A stretch of 58,646 bases of DNA, the filler included, from Jimgerdemannia flammicorona (taxonomy: Eukaryota), in assembly GCA_003990765.1 (NCBI GenBank). It is 2 parts of 2 records of this genome, joined end to end, with 100 filler letters (N's around TTAATTAATTAA, not from the genome) between each part and the next. Parts side by side here need not be neighbours in the genome. Positions count along the whole stretch, not along the records: positions 29,376 to 58,646 come from RBNJ01000509.1; 1 more part is not named here. One strand, 5' to 3'. Below, in pieces: positions 49,560 to 58,646 of this stretch (the first letter of the stretch is position 1; every line of letters begins with the position of its first letter). The position numbers and the translations under genes are program-made. Below the pieces are notes generated by a model, which made no database searches, was not told the origin of the DNA, and saw only the letters and a program-made list of their open reading frames with translations.

Positions 49560-50776
49560 GTTGGGATAGGTAGGCCCTCTCGAGCTTTCCCCCCCTCAGA
49601 ACCGTGCATGCGACTTTCACCGCACACGGCTCAAGCACTCAATTGATGTTGTTTTAGTGTATTCAAGTCCAAGATAATTATAATGTTCTCCCTGGGGTTG
49701 CTCCCCCCCTCGGCTCCTGGGTAAGCTTACCCAGGAGATGTGGGCGGGTGCTAACGAGGGCGCTAGGCGCTTAGTCGCTGGCCGCCCACCCAGGGGCATC
49801 GAACAATTAAATGAAAATTTCCAAATACACCCGCGCTGATGAATAAAAGTAAATTAACTGGAAATATTTTTAATAACCCCGGGAGGCGGGACCGTTGTCC
49901 CCTTGTCTCCCGGGGGGCATCTTTTAATTTAAAAGGTACTGGGCTGTTAATATATTTCCGTAGTGTCTTCGGTGTAGTAGCTAAATAATTCTAAAATCTG
50001 AGATGAAAATTCTTCAATAAGAATATTATCCAGCGAATAAATTTTACAAACCCGGGGGTTGCTCCCCCCCTCGGCTCCTGGGTAAGCTTACCCAGGAGAT
50101 GTGGGCGGGTGCTAACGAGGGCGGAACAGCTGAAAGCAGGCCCTAGTCCACCCCCAGGGGCCCGTCCCTCAAAAATCAAATTTTCAGGGTTTAGTCTCAT
50201 CATTGGGAAATGGTGGAGGACCTCACTAAAACACTAATCGTATCTCCCCCGCTCAATGCTCGGAAAAAAACGGTTACCTCAAATTTTTCGAGCACCCATA
50301 ACCTAAGTCAGCACTCTTTCAAGTTAAGACATTTGTCTCTATCCATTTTATTATCAAATGGTATTAGCTTTTTAGGTAGTCCTATGCCCACTAACCGATA
50401 TAAAACTTTCCGGTTTTAACCTTTATATTTTACCTCCATATTTCAGGGGTTATTGGGTTTACCCTGTTCCATTAATTACACTTTAATGTTATCCTTAGAG
50501 TCTCACTTTACACCGGTAGTATAGCTCTATCTTACTGACTCGAAACCAAAGCCAGTCCCTACTACATTAATACTATATTAATTTTTCCTTACGATGCTTC
50601 AAACATGAGTTCATTCCATTACTCGTAGATAACTAGCCACGTCCTCTTTATGAGTAACATTGTCCTTAGAGCTTCATACACATTGTTACCAATTATGCAT
50701 GTCTAAGTAGGCTCACGACGATAGAGGTTCGGGTGGCTTTTCACCACATTGTAATTAACAGCTTAGCAGGTCGCAC
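49560..50776 (-). ncRNA. ORF-less group II (IIB-like) intron at ~L823
   Basis: 5' GTGCGACCTG. Domain V GAGCCGTGTGCGGTGAAAGTCGCATGCACGGTTC. Ends CCTACCTATCCCAAC. Confidence 0.92.
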
Positions 50777-50820
50777 GGTTTCGCGGAATACCAGCTATCT
50801 CCAGGTTAGATTTGTATTTC

Positions 50821-52615
50821 CAAATAGATCAGTAATCTTTCGAATACTTTTAGACTATACCTTCAACTGACCATTATCTTAGGTATTATACTAACCCCGG
50901 GAGGCGGGACCGTTGTCCCCGTGTCTCCCGGGGGGCATCCATAATAATGTAAACCCTGTCAGTGCTAGCGTGTTGCCTCCATTATGTGTGTGTGTGATGT
51001 AAATCTGTCCTTATAATATTCGCTACCCACATTCCCACCCTCACCAATTTGTCTATATAGAAAATTGATTACCATAGCTATAAAGACATTAAAATGGAAT
51101 AAATAAATAACAATTATACATCTATAGGGGAATCTCGTAAAAAATACAAATTATTAAAAGCAATACCCGAATTCATATATTTATTAACGGTACCTCGGCT
51201 AACGCTAAGATGTTGCGCTAATTCCGTTTTAGAAGAAAATACGCGAATAAGCTTATTATCTAAGCCATATAAATAAGTAGATCTAGCATTATTTGCTACT
51301 TTACCAAACATATAATGATTTGAACCAGACAAAGCGATACTCATAGCTTCTCTAGTCTCTTCAGAATGTCGGTGACCAAAAAATGGGTTATTTTCTCCTG
51401 AAAGATCCTTAGCTTTTAAACTTTCACTGATTTGACTTCTCGTTTCTTCAGATAGTACACGCCCCGTTGACGATAAAGAGATCAGTGCCCGAGTTTCAGC
51501 ACTACGCTGTTTACCAAATAAAGGATGATTCTCACCACTCATTGCTAACTTAGCATCCGTAGTATGTTTATATCCCAGCGTTGAACCCGCTACAGTAAGG
51601 AAGTTAAATTTAAACTCAGTGCTTACAAAATCAAGATAAACTTGTTCCCGTTCAAGTAACCGTTCGGGTGGGCAGTATTCCATAATCACAAAACAAAAAT
51701 TATCCAACCCATATTTTGTAATTGCTCTTTTTAATAAAATATTAGTTCGAACTCCAGAGATATGTTGAGAAAATCGTTTACGAAGGTTTAGCGAAGAACC
51801 AATATAAACTTTTTTTGTAGGAATACAAATAAAAGCATAAATACCTGACGGGTTGTTTTTTAATTCATCCCGAAGTAAAAGCTGCATTTGAATAAGATGT
51901 AAATTCAAGCAAGCCATTTCAATAGTTAAAAGATATGTACGAATTAATGGATGCTGTAATAGACCCATTTGTGCTAAAGTGGTTGCCATTGTATATTAAT
52001 TAATGTTACGGACATTGCCGTATTTCGTGGTTAAGCCCCTTGCACACAAGTCTTTCACCTAAAGCAAAGCTGAAGAGTCATTGACGAATGCAAAGTCTCG
52101 GGCCGGCGAAAACCTCGACGAAGTCGAAGGCTTCACCGAATTTTGTTTCTTGGTAAAGGAGGGAGCGCCACCATATCCGGAAGTTTAAGCCGAAGCTCAG
52201 AGGCCGCGGGAATACTCTGTCTCCCCCCCAAAGAACAAGAGGGTAAAATAAAACTTTCCAACCCCTAGCTTCGCAAGGGGTTAGAGGTTATTTGTTAAGG
52301 ATTTTGATAAATCCATGGGCAGTTTAGTTATCGCTCCTGTAATCAGAAATAACGATTTCATAGATATAATCACACACAAAAATATTCAATATCTTTAAGA
52401 TATCAACCGCTAAAAGCGAATGGAAGCCCTGAGTTTTCACACAAAGTCGTTACGGGGATTTATAAAGGTTATTAATATGTAAATAAAAATGTAAAGACAC
52501 ATGGTTTTACAATTATAAATCTTCCCACGGTATTGCCATAGAGATTCCTCTCCTTAGGTTTCACCGTTATGAGCTAGTTTCATTAATAATCACTTATTAA
52601 ATCGGGCGAAAATTC
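50821..52615 (-). ncRNA. Group I intron at ~L779
   Basis: P1 GGGUGA/UCGCCC, terminal G, CCGTAACGACT (~52445) and GAAGGTATAGTCTA (~50851). Confidence 0.88.
51114..51989 (-). CDS. GIY-YIG homing endonuclease with NUMOD3-like repeats and a C-terminal NUMOD1-like domain (uninterrupted, 291 aa)
   Basis: GIYAFICIPTKKVYIGSS, R..H, EREQ.YLD, NFL..AGS.LGYKHT and GENNPFFG. Confidence 0.93.
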   Translation of the reverse strand: MATTLAQMGLLQHPLIRTYLLTIEMACLNLHLIQMQLLLRDELKNNPSGIYAFICIPTKKVYIGSSLNLRKRFSQHISGVRTNILLKRAITKYGLDNFCFVIMEYCPPERLLEREQVYLDFVSTEFKFNFLTVAGSTLGYKHTTDAKLAMSGENHPLFGKQRSAETRALISLSSTGRVLSEETRSQISESLKAKDLSGENNPFFGHRHSEETREAMSIALSGSNHYMFGKVANNARSTYLYGLDNKLIRVFSSKTELAQHLSVSRGTVNKYMNSGIAFNNLYFLRDSPIDV

Positions 52616-52809
52616 ACCCAGCTTACCACAACTCTTCGGAACCTATTGCAACAGATCACGTATCCAAATTAGAATAAAATTAACATAACATTAAGAGATA
52701 TCCTGTTCAGGTTGGAGCAATAAAGAAAAGATCAAAGGTGGGGTTGTTTGACCAGTCAGTGACCCCAAGCATATAATCCTGCTTTTGAGGAGCGGTTAAC
52801 ATAGTATTT

Positions 52810-53749
52810 ATAAAAGTTTATACATCACCCCCGGGGCCAGCGACGAGCGCCGTGGCCCGGGGGACTGGAAGGAATAAAATGCGGAGTAACTAAAGACCGT
52901 AAATGGGGCATAGAATGAGCTCGAACGTAAATTCTATATTGACGCCCTTTTACAGTGTTAATAGAGCAATCTAAATCGAATTTCGTCTTAAGGACATTGA
53001 TTAGCAATAGTACCTCCGATTCCGTAAAAGACTCGGTAGCAATTCTAAAGCTATTGCCATCTTTGTATCCATCATCCATTAGTCAGATGGCTAATCCTAG
53101 CTCTGTTAAAAATTCCCCAATACAAGGAGGAACAATTTTCACCCCTAAAGGATAAAATAACTCTCTAAATTTATTAAGACAAGAGAGGCTTCGAGTGAAA
53201 AACGAAATATTGTAATAACCCCGGGAGGCGGGACCGTTGTCCCCTTGTCTCCCGGGGGGCGTATTTCCTGTTCTAGAATCAAGATAAGAACCTACACTAG
53301 GCTCAAGGTCTGTAGTACATAAAGGTTTAAATACAGAAAAAAGAAACAGCGCATATGCCGTTTGATTAGTACTGTGTCTAACAGCCAATCTTGAATTATG
53401 AGTAGGTTTAGTGGTTTTTTTTTTGCTGGCAGACGCAGTTTGCCTCCAGCAAAAAAAAAATCGTAAAATAGCTAGATCGCCTCCCCCGGGGGGACCGGAG
53501 GGCGACCAAGTCCGCCGGTCCCCCCGGGGGCCGTAGACCGCCAATGATCGTTTCTTGTTGAACTTGAGACAGTTCAATATCTGAAATATTAAAATTGGGG
53601 TTACCGGTAAAATTTCGAAGAAACCCCATGCAGGCCGTATGTCCACGAATAAAATCCCCACAGGGGAAAACTACCTTACGAATACGCATATCGCCAGTGT
53701 TCGAAGGCCCAAATACAACTGTTAAACCTTGAAATAAAATTGGATTCAT
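52810..53749 (-). pseudogene. LAGLIDADG (I-SceI-like) homing endonuclease interrupted by four GC hairpin elements
   Basis: QQETIIG, FFTRSLSCL, LAI(TGA=W)LMDDG, IATESFT and LVTPHFIPS. Confidence 0.88.
53483..53532 (+). repeat. GC hairpin family D (also ~31280-31328 and 31666-31712 inverted, 37997-38041, 48706-48744, 55776-55821)
   Basis: CCGGAGGGCGACCAAGTCCGCCGG core inside a CCCCGGGG stem. Confidence 0.95.
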
Positions 53750-54646
53750 GATTAGATTCTAATTATTTGTTAAATAGGCCTGGTTTTTTTTTTTTTGCTG
53801 GCAGACGTAGTTTGCCTCCAGCAAAAACAAAAAAAGCCCAATTGATCGATAATAAGTGCAAGCTGGATTGGCTACCATAGGTAAATGGCGTTAAAAGACG
53901 TTTAAATGAGGAGTGCTCACCACACGCGGAACCATTAGACTAAAAATAATAACCTTTACCAGGAGTACCCAGATGAAGAGTAAAGGTGCTCTCAAACTAT
54001 CTTTTCTTTTATTGAAATTCAACTAACGAATAAACTGTTAATTTTATGTTATTTTGGAACCGATATTTTCATATCGGCGTAGACTATACCTTCAACTTAT
54101 TGCCAATTTTAGGTGTAGTTCGTTTTTTTTTTGCGAGACGGCGCTAGTCGCTTGCCTGGCGGAGCCAGGCATGCGACCCATGCGCTGGTATCCTTGGGCT
54201 AAAGCCCTACGCCACAGCGCTAGTCGCTTGCCGCAAAAAAAAAAAAATAAGCAAAATCTGCCAAACATTACACCATGATTGGTTGAAATTAATAAGTGCT
54301 GACGTGTTACAATTAGAAGTATTTATCTAAAAGTCTCCTCTTTCGAGTCAGTCGTTACGGGGTACTAGATAAGAACAGATAAAGAATAAAATAGAATATT
54401 TCTACGAATCTAGTACTTCCCACGGTATTACCTTGGTTAATAATTACTTTAGGCTTCACCGTTATGAGTCAGATATATATTAAGAGTCGCCCCTCAACAG
54501 GGCGAATAGGCTCACCCGTTCAGTCCATATTGACTTGGTCATGGTAAGATCACCTGGTTTCGGGTCTAATCCATGGTACTTACCCATTTACGTAGTCGCT
54601 TTCGCTAAGTATTTCAACTTGCATCATAGATTAACTCGCTGACCCA

Positions 54647-57053
54647 TTTGGGATAGGTAGGCCCTCTCGAGCTTTCCCCCCCTAAGAACCGTACGAGCGA
54701 CTTTCACCGCATACGGCTCAAGCAATCTTTGCCTTTGTTATTGTGTTTACTGTATTAATGCCGTATAAATCTATACCACTTTTTGAACTACATAGAGTCC
54801 CTTGATGGCTTTTTTAGATCGCAGTGCTCTCTGAACAGAATTATGAGAAACTCCCATAAACTTAGCGGCATCTCTTTGAGATTCAAAATAAAGAACCTCT
54901 AATGTCTTAATATTTAAGACAGAAACTTGAATAGTGTGGGATGGTTTAACCCCTTTTAACCCAGTCTTAGGATGGGTTTCCCCTGTAACCCCAAACATCG
55001 GGTTATTCTCTCCCTGTTTTGCTGCGCTCATTTTTGCTCGAGTATCTACACTTCGGACTACCCCGAGGCAAGACCCCTTGGCTGGCCAGCCGAAAAATTA
55101 TATCGAAATTGCGCAGGTAACGCAAATAGCCAATTAAGCCAATGTTGCTCTCTCGCCAATAAATTGGCCTTATTTTCCTCCGAATCTAAATCGGGGTTTT
55201 GTTCAACAAGCTCAATTACAATAAAAATAAAGTTTTTAGCACCATGCTTATCAATCGCATTACGCAAGTGTGCGTTAGTGCTGGCAATAATATGGTCTCT
55301 TATACGGACCCCTAAATTGGCAGAACTGCCAATATAAATGGCGCCAGTAACATCGCAGATCACGGCATAAACGCCACTTAGCCCAGAAAGTGCTTTTCTA
55401 GCTGAGATAAGATTCTCAGTCAGATCCAATCTTGTGAATTCAAAAACTCTTGGTAAGCTTTTGGCGTATGCATTCAAATCCAAGGCGGAATCTAAACAAA
55501 TGAATCCTTCAATCGGACTAAATAAGTCCCCAATCTCAGGAATCACTAATAATTGGAATAATAATTCATAAAATAAATGTAGGTTTGTCATGATGTTGTA
55601 TATTTATAATAATAATAGGTGGTCAATGGCAAATATAACTAAGCCCTAATTAGTTATAGCAGGAACAGCGTCCCCGACTTTATCACGCCCATTAATACGG
55701 TCTGTTCTTATCTATCACCTTAGTAACTTAATGGGGTGGCATCAACCAGCCACAATTAAATATTTAATTCATCTTCCCGGGGTGGCCGGAGGGCGACCAA
55801 GTCCGCCGGCCACCCCGGGACCGTGTTACTAAATTGGGTTACCCCGCTGATTGACTAATAAGTCTTAATCAATAGGCAATATGTCTGTGGATCATGTAGG
55901 ATCCTGGTGTTAATGCCTTACGGGCGATCTGTCACCTTGGAGTTTATAACTAGTTTCCCCATTTCTAAGTATACTTTTATTGCCTTTTAGCATCCTCCGA
56001 GAATAAATAAGTAATTGTGACATATGTACAATCTAACTATAGCTGTATCGATAGTACATTTATGGCACTCAAACGCATTAAGGGTAGCGGAAATGCATTA
56101 TGCTCTCATCCAATGTTAGCAATTCACTGCTAACAGAACCCCTAATAACATTAATTTTACAGTAAACAACAAAGCTATTGATCACCTATACTCAAGTCTG
56201 CCGCCTTTCGACGCCGATCATCTATTTAGTCCTTACCCCGGGCAGCAAGCGACTAGCGCCGTGCCGCTAGGCACGGTCGCATGGAGTGGGTGGTAAACCC
56301 CCCACTCCTAGCGCCGTGTTTTTGTCTAAAGACAAAAACACGGTCGCATGCACCGTGTCGTTGGGCTAAAGCCCTACGCCAGAATGATGCACCGTGTGCT
56401 CCGGTTTTTGCTGGCCCCAGGGCTCCTGGCGTAAGCATACCCAGGAGCCCTGGGCCCAGGCGTAGTTTGCCAGCAAAAAAAAATAAAAGGCCAAATTTTT
56501 TTTTTGAAAAATATAGGCACTAAAAAAAGGACAAATATTAACCGTAGACCTACCATTACAGTAAGCCATTCGCTTTTTGAGCTATCATTTACCCCCTAGC
56601 CGATATAGACACTTCTAGATTTAAATCTTTTATAGTCTACCTCTATCTGGTTGGAAAAAATTATTCCAACAACAAAAAGAAGCTATGGGGCTTACCGTGT
56701 TCCAGATTCGACACAAGTTCAATATCCTTAGGTCCCTCCTTTACTTCGATGGATCTGCTCTTTTGCCTATGCCAGCATAAAAAACATAGGCCCTCCACGA
56801 TATGTGTAGCTCCAGCCTAAAGCTAATAGCTTTTGCTAGTTACTCGCATATTTTTACGAAGCTTAAACGGCAGATTCACTTTCGTTGACCATAAATATTT
56901 TACCCTAGCACACGCAAAAGCGAAAATTTGTTACATTGTCCCAAGGGCTTCACACGTCCGAATTACTCCAAACGCATGCCTTGGTAGGGTCTGTTCAAAA
57001 GAGAAAACAGGGGGATTTACACCGCCATTATCGAATCTGACATCACGTCGCAC
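54647..57053 (-). ncRNA. Group II (IIB-like) intron at ~L575 with no RT ORF
   Basis: 5' GTGCGACGTG. Domain V GAGCCGTATGCGGTGAAAGTCGCTCGTACGGTTC (54686-54719). Exons join as GCATAA|TGGGTC. Confidence 0.92.
54771..55591 (-). pseudogene. GIY-YIG homing endonuclease, frameshifted near 55080-55091, immediately upstream of domain V
   Basis: GVYAVICDVTGAIYIGSSANL, AREQHWLNWLF, GENNPMFG and SQRDAAKFMGVS. Confidence 0.9.
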
Positions 57054-57157
57054 TTATGCAAAAGGTACGTAGTTATCCCATTAAATTGGGATTCCTGCTG
57101 CTTATAGAACTACTGGTTCAGGATCTATTTCACCAGTCAACTACTTACTTTTCATCT

Positions 57158-58646
57158 CAAGGCCATTCTCTTGTCCTCTAGCTATTCAGAGAAGAAAGAG
57201 TTCTCTTATGTGTTTATATGCCTCGGACTATCTCTTCATCCATCTTTTTTTTTATTAACAAGATGGAGCTAGCATGTGGTCTCTGAGGAGCTCTAATTAA
57301 TTAGATTACCTGCTGGTTGCCATTTTCAATACAATTATTACCATCTAGGTATGTATTGATTACGGTTTTCCAGCATATAGCTTAGTTTAATGATACTAAT
57401 TACTTAGTATCGGGAAATTTCCCTTATTATCATATAATTAATAGGTGTATACGTAACTAGCCATCCTCTGAATTTTTTACCAGTAGAAAGACATTCAATA
57501 AAATGGTTTTTATTAGCATGTTCTGCTCGGCAAGTGGCATTTAAACTCTTATACATAGTAATTAAATTATTTGCCTCATCGTAAAAATATACTGGTTTAT
57601 ATCTATGCTGCGAGGCTTTGATAATAACTTCCGGGAGGCAAGCGACTAGCGCCGTCTCTCCCGGAAGGCCGGGAACAAAAACACAAATTTTCAAGGATAG
57701 TTTTTAAAACATACCCTTGGACTTTATCTTTAACCTCTACTTTTTACAACGACACCACAGTCAATCCTGGCTATGGCACGGAAAGAGGCTACTAGCATGA
57801 AGTCTCTGAGGTTCTTTTGGGCCTACTCGGCGGCAGAGAAGAAATCCGGGTTAAATCACCTGGTGGGTATTAAACCCTCCTCTGGTTTGCCGTACCGGTG
57901 TCCGGCCCTATCTAAAAATATATATATATATATATTTTTCAATTTTTATATTATATATAAAAATCGCATTCTGATACGGGGCAAGCGGCGACAAACCCCC
58001 CAAAATTACCTGCTGATTGTCCTATTTCTAACAAATTTTACCTGTAAGGTATGTCGAAATTAAAGGCTTTCCAGCATATAGCTTAGTTAATCAGAACCAT
58101 TTACATGGCTCCAGGGAATTTTTGTACATTCACTATATTGAAAAAGTTAATTCTATTATATATAACCTCTCCAGTACTCGGGTGCTTACCCGGTTTTTTT
58201 CTTTTTTTCAAGGGCGGACATGTGCCCGCCAGAAAAAAAGAGCGAAAAAAACGAGGTATTATTGGTCAGAAGCGGCTTAAATTATCTTTTTGCTACATAG
58301 GTAACCTGTCATCCACGAAATAATCGTGGGGTTTTAATACAATCAATCATATGGTTCTTGTTAGCCCCCTCTGCTCGGCAAGTTGCATTAAGACTCTCGT
58401 ACATAGTAATTAAATTATTGGCGGGTTTTTTGGCCACGGCGCTAGTCGTGTGCCATAGCACACGACATGCGACCGTATCGTGGCGCCAGAGGCGCCACGA
58501 TACAGCGCTAGGAGTGGGGGGTTTACCACCCACTCCATGCGACCGTAGAGTGGCGCCAGAGGCGCCACGATACAGCGCTAGTCGTGTGCCATAGCACACG
58601 ACATGCGACCGTAGAGTGGCGCCAGAGGCGCCACGATACAGCGCTA
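57158..58646 (-). ncRNA. Group I intron(s) near ~L470, 5' end outside the window; two similar cores (57158-57400, 57692-58110) and two NUMOD1-like ORF tails (57404-57694, ~58270-58430)
   Basis: Duplicated core motifs CTAAGCTATATGCTGGAAA, CAGCAGGTAA, CAGAGAC and AAGA..AGTCC. Both ORFs contain NNLITMY.SLNATCRAE.ANKNH.I.C. Confidence 0.75.
58436..58646 (-). repeat. Tandem array of double-hairpin modules (~67-nt period) at the end of the window
   Basis: Repeating GCGCTAG-[hairpin]-CATGCGACCGTA..GTGGCGCCAGAGGCGCCACGATACA. Confidence 0.9.

Larger units (their letters stand above)
52657..54513 (-). ncRNA. Group I intron at ~L740; core at 54080-54513
   Basis: P1 GGGUGA/UCGCCC, terminal G, CCGTAACGACT (~54350) and GAAGGTATAGTCTA (~54081). 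Confidence 0.85.
29376..58646 (-). rRNA. rnl: Mitochondrial large-subunit rRNA gene, partial. Exon pieces: 57054-57157, 54514-54646, 52616-52656, 50777-50820, 49324-49559, 45701-45762, 44125-45080, 39540-39589, 36069-36152, 32850-32869, 31753-31860
   Basis: Joined exons reproduce conserved LSU segments in the correct order: CCTTTTGCATAA|TGGGTC, GGGCT|TGGAAGCAGCC, CTGTTTACTTAAAA|CACC, CCTTAGGT|AGCGAAATTCCTTGGCCACT|AATT and GTGAAATTGAAT...GGACGAGA. Confidence 0.95.

Noticed and set aside
29376..58646. Giant NUMT next to a transposon nest
   Set aside because: The junction is an artificial spacer, and the sequence lacks the CpG decay seen in the nuclear repeats.

Overview
The window joins two unrelated pieces across an artificial 100-bp spacer (N44-TTAATTAATTAA-N44, 29276-29375). 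The left half (1-29275) is nuclear DNA, probably from an early-diverging (Mucoromycota-like) fungus; the taxon is an inference. It holds a minus-strand protein kinase gene followed by an array of 22 one-repeat-per-exon RI-like LRR exons (21 of exactly 84 nt, all phase 1-1) and a short terminal exon. Next comes a CpG-stripped transposon nest. Its backbone is a degenerate dUTPase-bearing Ty3/Gypsy element, into which have inserted a young 2074-bp solo LTR carrying its own ~365-codon gene, three non-LTR (L1/Tx1-type or polyA-tailed) pieces and a hAT foldback MITE. An AT-rich relic and a PIF/Harbinger element follow. The right half (29376-58646) is mitochondrial DNA: part of the large-subunit rRNA gene (rnl, minus strand), with 11 exon pieces totalling ~1.84 kb and 12 introns (8 group I, 4 group II with no RT ORF seen). 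The introns are packed with mostly decayed LAGLIDADG and GIY-YIG homing endonuclease genes (UGA read as Trp) and dozens of mobile GC-rich hairpin elements. The most interesting signals are: the cassette-like kinase-LRR exon array; an LTR-borne accessory gene with a decayed homolog in the host retrotransposon; a LAGLIDADG gene with a 12-Cys CxxxC domain that is itself invaded at its catalytic motif; homing endonuclease genes in domain I of group II introns; and modular, self-nesting double-hairpin elements. Intron positions in E. coli numbering are my manual estimates, and no database searches were run.
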